From the sequence record NC_048731.1: a stretch of DNA of 64,000 nt; one strand, 5' to 3'. Shown here piece by piece: positions 22,994-33,157 of this stretch (position 1 is the first letter of the stretch; every line of letters starts with the position of its first letter). Both the position numbers and the translations under genes were made by a program. The stretch comes from Escherichia phage fp01. Under the pieces are notes generated by a model, which was not told the origin of the DNA, did not search any database, and saw only the letters and a program-made list of their open reading frames with translations.

Positions 22994-23833
22994 TTAAGAG
23001 GACATCTTAGCTTTAAGAGCTGGATGTGGATCATATCCTTCCAGCTTGAAAGACCAGGCCGCAGTATTATTCTCTAATAAATCATAAAGATCTACAAATT
23101 CTGGCATTACTAGAGTTGGCAAAGGACGTGGTTTACGTTTCAATTGCTCCTCTACTTGCTCTATATGATCACTATAAATATGTGTATCTCCACCACTAAA
23201 AATGAGATAACGAGGTTTTAATCCAGTCAGTTTTGCTAGGATATGTGTTAGTAAAGCATAACTAGCAATATTGAAAGGTAGACCTAGAAAACAGTCTACA
23301 GAACGTTGTGTCCATTTAAGATCTAAGTATCCATCATTACTTACGTAACATTGGAAACCATAGTGACATGGTGGTAATGCCATCTTATCCAGTTCAGCTA
23401 CGTTCCATGCAGATACTAGGTGTCTACGACCATGTGGATTATTCTTGAGACCCTCAATGAGTTCTAGGATCTGATCTCGTCCACCAAAGTTGCGCCATTG
23501 TTTACCATATACTGGCCCCAGATTACCTCTGTCATAACCCATGCTTATGGCTTGGTCTTCATAATTTGGAGTCCAGATAGTCCACTGTCCTTCGTCACGC
23601 CCAAATGTGAATACTCGTAGATCATGGAGATTTGTAGATCCAGATAAAAACCATAGGAGTTCTCCAACTACCGATTTCCAAGCTAGACGTTTAGTGGTTA
23701 CAGCTGGAAATCCTTCACGTAGGTCGAACTTAGCATAGGAATCGAAAATCGAAACTGTGCCTGTCCCCGTACGATCGTTACGTGGTTCACCTAGTAAAAT
23801 TACATCTGTTAGAATTTTTAAATATTGTTGCAT
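22994..23833 (-). CDS. thyA: thymidylate synthase
   Basis: 279 aa; ...RTGTGT..., LPPCH active-site Cys context, DLKWTQRSVDCFLGLPFNIASYALLTHILA conserved blocks. Confidence 0.95.
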   Translation of the reverse strand: MQQYLKILTDVILLGEPRNDRTGTGTVSIFDSYAKFDLREGFPAVTTKRLAWKSVVGELLWFLSGSTNLHDLRVFTFGRDEGQWTIWTPNYEDQAISMGYDRGNLGPVYGKQWRNFGGRDQILELIEGLKNNPHGRRHLVSAWNVAELDKMALPPCHYGFQCYVSNDGYLDLKWTQRSVDCFLGLPFNIASYALLTHILAKLTGLKPRYLIFSGGDTHIYSDHIEQVEEQLKRKPRPLPTLVMPEFVDLYDLLENNTAAWSFKLEGYDPHPALKAKMSS

Positions 23834-24366
23834 TAATAAGTAACCAATTCCTGTACAAATCGCAGGCTGTTATCACTGTTTGCGCCAGTTGCGTAAACTA
23901 AACGAGTAGATTCATAGTTGTAATCTAGAATCGTATTATCCAGATGTACATCTGCCTCTAGTTTTTGAGTACTAAAGATCGTGGATACAAAAGCACTTTC
24001 AATATGTCCATGAATATACATTTCGTACAGTAATGTTGCACCACCTAAAACCACTGTCTGTTGATCTTTTAAGAATGTAGGTAATGTATCCCCAATCTTT
24101 GAAATTGGGGTATAGATACCCTGTTTAATCTCATCAGGCAGAGGACGATCCGCACGAATAAAGAGGTCGGATTCTCCAATCATACGTTGCCGAACAACTT
24201 CTGGAAGTGCTAAATAAGTACCCGCACCAATGATGATGTTATCTGGGTTCAACACGTCCAGTTGAGAATAGAAAGCATCTAGTTCTTCTTTGAAGGAACC
24301 CCATGGAAGTTTACCTCGGAGGCCGAACTCCCCATTCGGCCCAACTGCATACATTGCTGTAATCAT
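23833..24366 (-). CDS. dihydrofolate reductase
   Basis: 177 aa; start overlaps thyA stop; DHFR-like N-terminus MITAMYAVGPNGEFGLRGKLPW. Confidence 0.8.
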   Translation of the reverse strand: MITAMYAVGPNGEFGLRGKLPWGSFKEELDAFYSQLDVLNPDNIIIGAGTYLALPEVVRQRMIGESDLFIRADRPLPDEIKQGIYTPISKIGDTLPTFLKDQQTVVLGGATLLYEMYIHGHIESAFVSTIFSTQKLEADVHLDNTILDYNYESTRLVYATGANSDNSLRFVQELVTY

Positions 24367-25508
24367 AAGAAATCTCCAAATTCATTACCCAGATCTTTCA
24401 GAGTATCAGTAGAGGTTTCGGTGACTTGACCTACACGATATGCTGCACCAATCTGGATTTCTTGTGGAGCAGGCTGTAAAGAAGTGGTATCCAACCAGTT
24501 CATGATCCACGGAATAGGGTTTTTGGTGATTACTGGTAAATGACTAGGCCATTCTACACCGATGTGCATAAATGCATTACGTCCCACAAAATACAGATAT
24601 TCTTCTAGAAGTTCTGCATTTAAACCAATCAGACTACGACCTTTGAAAATGAAATGACCCCACTCAATTTCAGTTTTCAGAGTTTTCAGAAGCTGTGCGG
24701 GTGCTTTAGCCAATGCTTCATCCACCAGATCTTTGTCAAACTGCTGGAACATAATCTGGATGATTGCTTTAGACATCTGAGTGTGTAGAGCTTCATCTTT
24801 AGCGATTAGTTGTAGGTTTTTAGCAATACCTTGCAGAATATCGTTCTCTGCTAATGCAAAGGTACATGCAAAGGATGCGTAAAACTGCATTGCTTCCAGA
24901 CCGTAGATTGCAAAGTAAGCATCTAATAGCTTAGCCTGAGTTTCACGTTTAACTTCAGGAAACTCGGTTTCTGGGTAAGTATTATCGCCACGATGATCAC
25001 GTACTGCTAGGAAATACTGACCTAACTGATATAGCTCATCAAATAGCTCAACAGAATCAGCGATGCGTGCGAATGCTTCCTGGTTTTTGGTTACAGAATC
25101 AATAAATTCTGCTGGATCAGTCAGCACATTACGAATAATATTACTATATGCACGGCTATGCAGATCTTCGAAGTAGCTCCACTGCTTGAGCATACCTTCC
25201 AATTCTGGACGACTTACAAGTGGCATAATAGCTGCTTCAGGAGCACGACTGATAAAGGAGTCAGTTTGGGTTTGCCATGCTAAGTTCAGGAGTGTAATTT
25301 CCTGAATTTCACGTGGGAGATTGGGCCATTGTTTCTTATCTGCTTCCAGACTGATTTCAGTTTCAGTCCAAAATTGAGAGCGTTGCAGAAGTGCCAGACG
25401 TTCTAGTTCTGGATGTGCTACACGTACATAATCTGCGATACCGAGAGAATCTCCCAGGAAAAGGTCAGCGTTAGTATGGTCCCAATTCAGGTTTAGTAAA
25501 GTAGTCAT
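24363..25508 (-). CDS. nrdB: ribonucleotide reductase class Ia small subunit
   Basis: 381 aa; di-iron ligand blocks (...EALH..., ...FKGRSLIGLNAELLEEYLYF...) and conserved C-terminal tail. Confidence 0.95.
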   Translation of the reverse strand: MTTLLNLNWDHTNADLFLGDSLGIADYVRVAHPELERLALLQRSQFWTETEISLEADKKQWPNLPREIQEITLLNLAWQTQTDSFISRAPEAAIMPLVSRPELEGMLKQWSYFEDLHSRAYSNIIRNVLTDPAEFIDSVTKNQEAFARIADSVELFDELYQLGQYFLAVRDHRGDNTYPETEFPEVKRETQAKLLDAYFAIYGLEAMQFYASFACTFALAENDILQGIAKNLQLIAKDEALHTQMSKAIIQIMFQQFDKDLVDEALAKAPAQLLKTLKTEIEWGHFIFKGRSLIGLNAELLEEYLYFVGRNAFMHIGVEWPSHLPVITKNPIPWIMNWLDTTSLQPAPQEIQIGAAYRVGQVTETSTDTLKDLGNEFGDFL

Positions 25509-25539
25509 TGATTTTCCTCTTTCTCACTATTTCAGGAAT

Positions 25540-25568
25540 ATTATAGCAAATCTGGTAGCGATTAGCAA
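25540..25568 (-). promoter_or_regulatory. T5-type promoter (minus strand) for nrdB
   Basis: plus attata 25540-25545, tagcaa 25563-25568, 17-bp spacer. Confidence 0.5.
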
Positions 25569-25580
25569 GTAAAATTTCAA

Positions 25581-25606
25581 AGAAAAAGGAGACCCGAAGA
25601 TCTCCT
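25581..25606 (-). terminator. hairpin plus U-run between nrdA and nrdB (minus strand)
   Basis: AGGAGACCCGAAGATCTCCT hairpin with flanking A-run on plus (U-run on minus transcript); sits upstream of the nrdB promoter. Confidence 0.45.
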
Positions 25607-25614
25607 TGTTTTTA

Positions 25615-27945
25615 TTAAATAGTACAACCACCGGATGCACAACCTGCTGCTTCTTCTCCAGCACCCCCACCATTTGCGGTATTGAAGTTAGCATAATACC
25701 AAGTTTTCCACCCATACTTAACAGCAGTCATGAAATCACGAACTACTACTGGGCCAGGAATAATTTCATTCTCAAACTTGGTGTAGTCATAGTACATATT
25801 CGTACTGATAGACTGACTGAAGAATTTCTGCATAGTTGCTACCCATTTGATCCACTCGATACGATCTACATCATAAGCCAATTTATAGCTCATTAACGTT
25901 TCCCAATCGGTTGCACCTGGAGCAATTGCAATTACTTTATTTACTGCACTACCTTTAATAGATACAATCTTACGAGGCGGTTCGATAGAGTTAGTAACTC
26001 CTAGCAGAACAGAAGAACTTTCTCCGGGCATCTGAGCAGTCAGAACAGAGTTACGCATACCATATTTCAGAATATCTGCACGCAGAGACTCCCAATCCAT
26101 TTCTAGACCTACGGATACCAGTTCATCAACAGTTTTCTTGTACGTGTCGATTACCAGGATTCCTTTAGATGGTTTAGTACGATCAAACCACTCACATGCA
26201 CCCTGTTCCTTAGCCAGGCGTACAGAGGCTTTATGCAGGAAGTAAGACAGTTTTTCAGCCTCACGGTGGATCCAGTTACGAGCTTCAATACCTTCGTAAG
26301 CCAGACCTTCTGCTGCCATTGCACCTGCTGCGTTCATTAGGCCAATACCAACATTACGACGTTTCTTAGCCGTATACTCCATAGTTGGGAACGGATAATC
26401 CTGAATTTCAATAATTGTATCAACGAATTTCAGAAGGATGTAGCAAGTTTTTTCCCACTCAGCTAGAGATTCCATGCGTCCAAGTACAACACCACCTAAG
26501 TTACACAGAGATACTTCACCAATATCCTCCGGCTTCATTTGATCAAGCTGCTCTTTTGTCTTATACAGCTCTGTGATATGATGGAACGGGCGTGTAGGCT
26601 GAGTAATTTCAACACAAAGGTTTGTCATGCGGATCGGATCAAGGAAGTTACCGTGACGATTAGATTCCCCGATGTGATGAGCATACATACGTCCTGTTTC
26701 CATTCGGATACGTAGCCAAGTATCTAGGATTTCTTTTGCAGAGACTTTAGGAGCTGCAGGAACTGTTTTTCCTTCGTGGTCGATCTTTGTAAGAGATGCC
26801 ACACGTTTCTCCGCTGCCACGTAGATTTCTTCAAATTTAGCCTCGTCATCACTATAAAACGCTTCATGAACTTCTGGAGCATAGAAGTATGAAATTAGCG
26901 TAATATCTTCGTTTTTAAGATAACGTTTTAACAAAAGATTGTTAAAGCTCAGAGAATAGTCCATCTTATCGATTTTATTCTCATCTGTAGCACGTTGTTG
27001 CTTAACCTGCATCAATTGAATGATTTCAGGGTCGAAGTATGGATAAGACACTGTAGCAGAACCACCACGAGTTTGCTGAGTATTGGCCTTTACTGAGCGG
27101 TCAATGTGTCGATAATATGGCAGTTTTCCGGAATGCGGGAATGCCCCATTTCGCACCGGATCAGCAATTGATCGGCTTTCAAGATGATACCCGATTCCCG
27201 CTCTGGCTGCGACCATTTTGAAGACGATGTGCTCGGCGGTGTCGATTGAATCCAACGTGTCAGTGGAATCCACGAGGCAGCAACTAGCAAATCCACGGTC
27301 ACTAGAGCGCAGACCAACCAGTGGCGGCGTAGGAACGTTAATTTTGTGGAGCGACATTGCGTTGTAGAGATCGATTGCATCTAGAATTGTCCAGTTAGGT
27401 TGAGATAGCATCGCCATTGCCATACCCATGTAGGCAAACTGCGGAGTTTCATAAATTTCACCAGTGGCTATGTTACGGCGGGAATACTTATCAAAGAACT
27501 GCTTCAGCCCACCACTAGTAAAAAGACGGTCACGATCATGGTCGATAACCTGATTCAGAGCTTCAAATTGCTCATCGGTAATCCATGCACTCATGTCTTC
27601 CCATGCACCTACGCTAACCATATGGTCATGGAAGAAGCGTAGAGAAGGTGGTTCGAAAGAATCATAAAGGCGTTTACGCATTTGCGCAAGACGTAATTCC
27701 TTTGCTGGCACATCATATGCTGGATTATCTTTAATAAGACTTTCAGCAGCTTTAATTAATGCATCCATCAGAGTGTCGGAATCTACAACCCCTTTAGGCA
27801 GAGTTTTTTGAGCAGCCATAGTAATGGCTGACCAACTTACATCAACTGTTTTGCAACCATACTCTGCCCAACCATTGATTTTTTCAGGAGCAAAGTCTTC
27901 TACAGTACCGTCACGTTTAATTACTTTTTCAATGCGATGGCTCAT
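25615..27945 (-). CDS. nrdA: ribonucleotide reductase class Ia large subunit
   Basis: ORF track 25615..28050; start moved to ATG 27943-27945 (MSHRIEKVIKRDGT..., AAGGAAAG SD upstream), giving about 776 aa; ATP-cone N-terminus and Cys-containing C-terminal tail. Confidence 0.95.
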   Translation of the reverse strand: MSHRIEKVIKRDGTVEDFAPEKINGWAEYGCKTVDVSWSAITMAAQKTLPKGVVDSDTLMDALIKAAESLIKDNPAYDVPAKELRLAQMRKRLYDSFEPPSLRFFHDHMVSVGAWEDMSAWITDEQFEALNQVIDHDRDRLFTSGGLKQFFDKYSRRNIATGEIYETPQFAYMGMAMAMLSQPNWTILDAIDLYNAMSLHKINVPTPPLVGLRSSDRGFASCCLVDSTDTLDSIDTAEHIVFKMVAARAGIGYHLESRSIADPVRNGAFPHSGKLPYYRHIDRSVKANTQQTRGGSATVSYPYFDPEIIQLMQVKQQRATDENKIDKMDYSLSFNNLLLKRYLKNEDITLISYFYAPEVHEAFYSDDEAKFEEIYVAAEKRVASLTKIDHEGKTVPAAPKVSAKEILDTWLRIRMETGRMYAHHIGESNRHGNFLDPIRMTNLCVEITQPTRPFHHITELYKTKEQLDQMKPEDIGEVSLCNLGGVVLGRMESLAEWEKTCYILLKFVDTIIEIQDYPFPTMEYTAKKRRNVGIGLMNAAGAMAAEGLAYEGIEARNWIHREAEKLSYFLHKASVRLAKEQGACEWFDRTKPSKGILVIDTYKKTVDELVSVGLEMDWESLRADILKYGMRNSVLTAQMPGESSSVLLGVTNSIEPPRKIVSIKGSAVNKVIAIAPGATDWETLMSYKLAYDVDRIEWIKWVATMQKFFSQSISTNMYYDYTKFENEIIPGPVVVRDFMTAVKYGWKTWYYANFNTANGGGAGEEAAGCASGGCTI

Positions 27946-28087
27946 TTGGCTTTCCTTTTTATAGTTATCAGGATTTAAGGAATATTCTACATTATTATTG
28001 GTCATTAGGCAAATAAAATTTTCTGATAGAAAAGGCCCGAGTATTTTCATACCCAGGCCCTGTATATTACCAGTCTAGCTTTTTAGC

Positions 28088-28308
28088 TTATTCAATTACT
28101 TTAGCTCTAGCTACTTCTTTTAATAGAATATCTATGGAGGTGCTCAGCTCGTTATAATTGAATGGTTTATTTGGATTTGAGGTTACAATTTTCCACGCTA
28201 GGGTTGTCTTAGGACTTTCTTCTCCTTCCTTACGTGTAATAATATTAGCAGCACTCAGTGAAGTACGATGTATTTTAGTTTTACGGCTCAGATGAACGAC
28301 GTTTCCCA
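28088..28308 (-). CDS. hypothetical protein
   Basis: ORF track 28088..28378 trimmed to ATG 28306-28308 (MGNVVHLS...) just after the phoH stop. Confidence 0.4.
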
Positions 28309-28310
28309 TA

Positions 28311-29063
28311 TTACACCTTCCCCATGTCTTTAAAAATATCATAGAATGCTTTAGACTCGACAGAACGAACGTTATCAATCAATTCGATCATTGAGAATGG
28401 GGCATTTTCGTATTTCTCATAGACTTCCATAAGGAGTGCTAGACCTGAGTCACCTTTAATGTCTTTCTGAGCTATATCTCCGCAGATAATTAAACGGCAG
28501 TCTTGTCCTACACGAGTTAGGAGACAAATCATTGCCTCAACGGAAATATTCTGAGCTTCATCGACAATTACATAGGAGTTGTTGAAAGTTCTGCCACGAG
28601 CATGTTCTACAGCCAAAAATTTAATTTTCTGACGTTCGACATATCCTTTATATGCATGATCGCCGATGGCCCATTTCATACCATCAGCTATTGGCTCCAA
28701 CCAAGGCTCTAGCTTTTCCGCTAGATCACCAGGAAGCATACCAAGAGACTTACCCAGAGGTTCATTAGGACGTACGAGGATCACTTGCTCAATATCTGAG
28801 TGAAGGTCTACGAGTTCCTGAGCTGCAAGAACGGACGGAATAAAGGTTTTACCAGTACCTGGCTCACCGATACCCACAGTCACTGTGTTGTTCTTGATCA
28901 TATTGATATATGATTTTTGCTCGCGGTTTTTACCTACTAGGGATTTAGCAACTGGATTAGCGTAATCATTAGAAAAATCAGCCTGAATTACGTTATTCTC
29001 ATACTTGTTGCCACGCTTTCTTGAACCATTGCGGTTCTCTCTTTTTTGACGTGCTTTTCCCAT
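28311..29063 (-). CDS. phoH: PhoH-like ATPase
   Basis: Walker A GEPGTGKTF, Walker B VIVDEAQN; start set at ATG 29061-29063 with AGGAG SD 8 nt upstream. Confidence 0.9.
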   Translation of the reverse strand: MGKARQKRENRNGSRKRGNKYENNVIQADFSNDYANPVAKSLVGKNREQKSYINMIKNNTVTVGIGEPGTGKTFIPSVLAAQELVDLHSDIEQVILVRPNEPLGKSLGMLPGDLAEKLEPWLEPIADGMKWAIGDHAYKGYVERQKIKFLAVEHARGRTFNNSYVIVDEAQNISVEAMICLLTRVGQDCRLIICGDIAQKDIKGDSGLALLMEVYEKYENAPFSMIELIDNVRSVESKAFYDIFKDMGKV

Positions 29064-29136
29064 AAATAACACTCCTATAGTGTACTTCGCTAACAGAGGA
29101 TCAACAAAAAGATCTTGTTTATCAACTTACAAATAT

Positions 29137-29165
29137 ATTATACCAATATATACAGTAAAAAGCAA
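29137..29165 (-). promoter_or_regulatory. T5-type promoter (minus strand) for phoH
   Basis: plus attata 29137-29142, aagcaa 29160-29165, 17-bp spacer. Confidence 0.5.
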
Positions 29166-29357
29166 CTACAATTTTAAATAAGCCTATGATATTGCATTTA
29201 AATAAAAAATTTGCTTGCTTTTAACGTGAGATGTGTGATACTAGATAATCATTTTATATCGCGTACACGAGTGCGTGATTATACAATTTTTAATAGAGAT
29301 TGGCAAATAAAATTTTTTGACTCAGATCATGTTACAGAACTTTATAGTAAAATATTG

Positions 29358-29386
29358 TTGACATCCGCCCTCGAATGAGTTATAAT
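29358..29386 (+). promoter_or_regulatory. consensus sigma70 promoter (TTGACA-17-TATAAT) for nrdD
   Basis: TTGACA 29358-29363, TATAAT 29381-29386; GAAGGAGAG SD before ATG 29416. Confidence 0.6.
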
Positions 29387-29415
29387 AGTAGTCTTAGTTA
29401 GAGAAGGAGAGTATA

Positions 29416-31290
29416 ATGAATCGCAATGAAGAACTAAAATATAAAGAAATGCAGGCGTTAATTAGAAACTGCAAAGAGATTATCGAAGGGTCAGCAGACG
29501 AAGAGCTGCTGTTTAATAATGCCAATAAACCCTCAGAACGTTTTCCTACACAAAGGGATATGCTTGCAGGTGAGTTGAGTAAGTATCTGATTCTAGAAGA
29601 AATGCCAATTCAGATTCGAAATGCTCATATGATTGGGGATATTCATTTCCATGATGCTGATTATGCTGCATTAGGCATGACTAACTGTTGCCTGGTAGCT
29701 CTGGAAGATATGTTAAAGAATGGTATGAAGGTTGGTAATGCTGAAATTAGCACTCCAAACTCTATCACTACTGCGGCGGCTATCACTGCTCAGATTATCA
29801 CTCAAGTTAGCTCCCATCAGTATGGTGGTACTTCTGTAGATCGCCTTGATGAAGTATTAGCCCCTTATGTTCGTAAATCATATGATAAAAATCATGCGTT
29901 TGCAAAACGTTGGACTAAGGATGAAGCCAAAGCATCCGTAATGGCTACGGAGATGACTGAAAAAGAAGTCTATGACGCTTGTCAGGGTTTAGAATATGAA
30001 ATCAATACCATGTTCAACTCTAATGGTCAGAGTCCATTTATTACCTTTGGTTTTGGTCTAGGAACTTCTTGGGAAGCACGTCTAGTACAGAAAGCAATAC
30101 TGAAAGTACGCATGGATGGTTTAGGTATCAATAAACGTACAGCTATCTTCCCGAAACTGGTATTTGTACTTCGTGATGGCGTAAATATGAAACCAGGAGA
30201 TGTTAATTATGACATCAAGAAGTTAGCTATGAAATGTACTGCTGAACGTATGTATCCAGATTATATCAGCTATGACAAGGTTGTAGAAGTTACTGGAGAC
30301 TACAAAGTTTCTATGGGCTGCCGTTCATTCCTAGCTGCTACAGAAGATGGTGAAACTGCCGGCCGTAATAACTTAGGTGTTGTTTCTGTAAACTTGCCTA
30401 GAATTGCTATCGAAGCTGAGGGAAATATTGACCTATTCTTTGATTTGCTTGAGCTACGTGTGGATACAGCGTTAAAAGCATTGGAGTGGAGAGTTGATCG
30501 CTTAAAATACATTCAAGCTAAAGCTGCACCTATCCTCTATATGTCAGGAGCCTTTGGGTTACGCTTGGAGCCTGATGAGTATGTATTCGATCATTTCTAT
30601 AACCGTGCTTCTGTATCTCTAGGGTATATTGGTTGCCATGAAATGCTACAGTTTATGTTTGGCAAAGATGTAGACACAATGTCCGAGACCTGCATCAAGT
30701 TTGTTCAGCGTGTATTGCAGTACATGCGGGATAGAGTCGATCAGAAGAAGGAAGAAACTAAGTTAGGTTATAGCCTGTATGCTACACCATCAGAATCCCT
30801 ATGTGACCGTTTTTGTCGTCTAGACCGTGAATATTTCCCAGAGCATGAAGATATTCTGTCCAAAGGATACTACACTAACTCGCACCACCTTGATGTAGAA
30901 CGTAAAGTTGCTCCCAATGTGAAATTTGATTATGAATCTAACTTTACTCCGATTGCTTCTGGTGGGTGCATTTCCTATGTAGAACTACCGGATATGAAAC
31001 GATTCCCAGATGCACTGGAATGGGTTATTAATTATGCTGCTAGTAAGGTTCATTACTTCGGTATTAATACCCCAGTGGATTCTTGTGGTAAATGTGGATT
31101 CTTAGGTGAAACAATAGCATCCGAAGATGGATTTAAGTGCCCTATCTGTGGTAATCATGACCCCGAAACTCTTGAAGTAACTCGTCGAGTTTGTGGGTAT
31201 CTTGGAAATCCGGGTGCTCGTCCATTTAACCCCGGCAAACAGCACGAGGTTATGGGCAGAGTGAAACATCAGGATATTCGAGCTAAATAA
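29416..31290 (+). CDS. nrdD: anaerobic ribonucleoside-triphosphate reductase (class III)
   Basis: 624 aa; C-terminal Zn-ribbon CGKCGF...CPICG followed by glycyl-radical motif TRRVCGYLG. Confidence 0.95.
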   Translation: MNRNEELKYKEMQALIRNCKEIIEGSADEELLFNNANKPSERFPTQRDMLAGELSKYLILEEMPIQIRNAHMIGDIHFHDADYAALGMTNCCLVALEDMLKNGMKVGNAEISTPNSITTAAAITAQIITQVSSHQYGGTSVDRLDEVLAPYVRKSYDKNHAFAKRWTKDEAKASVMATEMTEKEVYDACQGLEYEINTMFNSNGQSPFITFGFGLGTSWEARLVQKAILKVRMDGLGINKRTAIFPKLVFVLRDGVNMKPGDVNYDIKKLAMKCTAERMYPDYISYDKVVEVTGDYKVSMGCRSFLAATEDGETAGRNNLGVVSVNLPRIAIEAEGNIDLFFDLLELRVDTALKALEWRVDRLKYIQAKAAPILYMSGAFGLRLEPDEYVFDHFYNRASVSLGYIGCHEMLQFMFGKDVDTMSETCIKFVQRVLQYMRDRVDQKKEETKLGYSLYATPSESLCDRFCRLDREYFPEHEDILSKGYYTNSHHLDVERKVAPNVKFDYESNFTPIASGGCISYVELPDMKRFPDALEWVINYAASKVHYFGINTPVDSCGKCGFLGETIASEDGFKCPICGNHDPETLEVTRRVCGYLGNPGARPFNPGKQHEVMGRVKHQDIRAK

Positions 31291-31295
31291 GCTAA

Positions 31296-31330
31296 TCAGC
31301 CGGGTTGCTAGTCGACCTGGCTTTTATTTT
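31296..31330 (+). terminator. terminator-like hairpin plus T-run after nrdD
   Basis: AGCCGGGTTGCTAGTCGACCTGGCT hairpin followed by TTTTATTTTATTT. Confidence 0.45.
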
Positions 31331-31332
31331 AT

Positions 31333-31361
31333 TTGCTTTCAGCCAAAAATTTATATATAAT
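31333..31361 (+). promoter_or_regulatory. T5-type early promoter (plus strand)
   Basis: TTGCTT 31333-31338, TATAAT 31356-31361, 17-bp spacer; downstream AGATTTATAAATTTGAGAGGAG block. Confidence 0.55.
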
Positions 31362-31389
31362 AGATTTATAAATTTGAGAGGAGAAAGAT

Positions 31390-31770
31390 ATGGAATTAAA
31401 ACCCTATATAGTTGAATCTACATGTGGTAGTTTCCATCTGGGTGTGGATGATATTGCTGAGGCTGTCTTTGCTGCCACAGGTGATTACTCGCATATAGAG
31501 GGTGTTGCATACCCTACCATTATTGGCGATTGGGTGGGAACAAATCTAGATGTATCGCCTTATAACCCATATTGCTTGTTTGATGAAGATAGAGATGAAG
31601 TAAAATGTAATCTTGAATTTGTGTATAATAGAGTGTTAAAAGTATACCAACGTAGCCCCAATGGGTACGAAGATATTACTTGGAGTATTAAACAGTATCT
31701 TAAAGATATATACTCTAGTTTTTCTGACGAAGACCTAGAAACAGTTGCAGTGGAGTTTAATAATGACTAA
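31390..31770 (+). CDS. hypothetical protein
   Basis: ORF track 126 aa; no radical-SAM CxxxCxxC motif, so not an NrdG-type activase. Confidence 0.5.
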   Translation: MELKPYIVESTCGSFHLGVDDIAEAVFAATGDYSHIEGVAYPTIIGDWVGTNLDVSPYNPYCLFDEDRDEVKCNLEFVYNRVLKVYQRSPNGYEDITWSIKQYLKDIYSSFSDEDLETVAVEFNND

Positions 31771-31969
31771 GAATGTGAAACATCTTAAATATCGCTTAAT
31801 TTACAATGGACGTATGGAAACAGAAGATCTGGCCCAATTAGCTATTAATTCTAATGAGGTTACAGTGCGTGCGCTGGCAATTGAAAAGTTGCGTGCCTCT
31901 TATGAAAATCGTGTTATGGAACTAGAGGAGAAACTTTATGGCATTCTCGAAGCCGATGCTACCAGATAA
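31745..31969 (+). CDS. hypothetical protein
   Basis: ORF track 74 aa. Confidence 0.4.
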   Translation: MQWSLIMTKNVKHLKYRLIYNGRMETEDLAQLAINSNEVTVRALAIEKLRASYENRVMELEEKLYGILEADATR

Positions 31970-32159
31970 GGGTTTAAACGCTGCTTTGGAAAACGCATTA
32001 ATGCAGCACTGGGAAACTGGCTATAAGGATGGTGTTGAATCCTGTGCTACTATGCTAGAAGTTATTGCTAATACCTTAATGGAGAAAGGCAATAAAGAAT
32101 TAGCTGAGCTATTAGACAGTATTGGGCAAAATTTCAGAGAACAGGTGAAAAATGCGTAG
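31938..32159 (+). CDS. hypothetical protein
   Basis: ORF track 73 aa. Confidence 0.4.
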   Translation: MAFSKPMLPDKGLNAALENALMQHWETGYKDGVESCATMLEVIANTLMEKGNKELAELLDSIGQNFREQVKNA

Positions 32160-32988
32160 ATTAATTATTATTAGCGGTGCGGGTTTGAGTGTTGAAAGTG
32201 GTGTACGAGCTTTTCGTACTGATACTGCTAGTGGTAAAGCATTGTGGGATGATTATGATCTAGAAGAAGTATGTAATATTCATGCCTTTCGTGGTAACTT
32301 CTATCATAAAACCCATATGTTTTACAACAAGCGTCGTGAAGAGCTAAAAACTGTTGAACCCAATCTTGCGCATTTGCGTATTGGTGAATGGTATAAACAA
32401 TATCCAGGTCAGGTAGTAAACTTGACTACCAACGTTGATGACCTTATTGAGCGTGCTGGCGTTCCAAATAGTGACATTCTGCACATTCACGGATATTTAA
32501 AAGAGGTTGTTGTAGCTGATAGCTACAATAGTAGCAATAAACGGATTATTGATGTAGGATACAATTCTATTGATCCAGATGATTATAAATGGGTTAAACC
32601 TAATGTAATCTTCTTTGGGGAGCATGCTCCAGCGTATGCAGAAATGTACAATGTTTTTGATGGTATTACCAGTCAAGATATGATCATTGTGGTTGGTTGC
32701 TCTAACCAAGTAATTAACTTCTACTGGGAATTATTTCCTGTTCTTAATTTGAATGCTGCCAAACTAATGGTAGTTAACTACTATGATAGTGCCCTCGCAG
32801 CGGAACCGGGCTATCAAGGTATGACTCGTAGTGAGATGTACCAACTGGAAGAACGTGGTATCCCTTACTGGAGTAAAGGTGCGGTAGATGCTTTTAGTGA
32901 CCCTGATTTTATTGCTCGTGTAGAAGCTCATTTAGAGGGTAGACCTTATGTGTCGAGAAGCAAGGGAAACAGATATGTCCATAGTTAA
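32152..32988 (+). CDS. Sir2-family (sirtuin-like) NAD-binding protein
   Basis: 278 aa; GAGLSVESGVRAFR N-terminal motif, TTNVDDL block and HIHGYL (catalytic His); no CxxC...CxxC zinc-binding cluster. Confidence 0.7.
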   Translation: MRRLIIISGAGLSVESGVRAFRTDTASGKALWDDYDLEEVCNIHAFRGNFYHKTHMFYNKRREELKTVEPNLAHLRIGEWYKQYPGQVVNLTTNVDDLIERAGVPNSDILHIHGYLKEVVVADSYNSSNKRIIDVGYNSIDPDDYKWVKPNVIFFGEHAPAYAEMYNVFDGITSQDMIIVVGCSNQVINFYWELFPVLNLNAAKLMVVNYYDSALAAEPGYQGMTRSEMYQLEERGIPYWSKGAVDAFSDPDFIARVEAHLEGRPYVSRSKGNRYVHS

Positions 32989-33157
32989 ACCTGTGTATAC
33001 ACATCCTGATGATATATTTGTATGGGCGGACGGTAGTTGGTGCTATCGCTGTGAGCTGTGGGAAATGGATTATAAATCCGATGACTATGGTGTTATATAT
33101 GTTGATACGGTTGAGTATGATACGTTCTTAGAAAGGAACAAAAATGGAAATAAGTAA
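32948..33157 (+). CDS. hypothetical protein
   Basis: ORF track 69 aa. Confidence 0.35.
   Translation: MCREARETDMSIVKPVYTHPDDIFVWADGSWCYRCELWEMDYKSDDYGVIYVDTVEYDTFLERNKNGNK

Noticed and set aside
25615-28050. N-terminal 35-residue extension of NrdA in the ORF track (start at 28050)
   Set aside because: The extension (MKILGPFLSENFICLMTNNN...) is not NrdA-like; ATG at 27943-27945 has a good SD and begins the conserved ATP-cone, so the shorter start was used.
31390-31770. Candidate NrdG activase downstream of nrdD
   Set aside because: The 126-aa product lacks the radical-SAM CxxxCxxC cluster; treated as a hypothetical protein.
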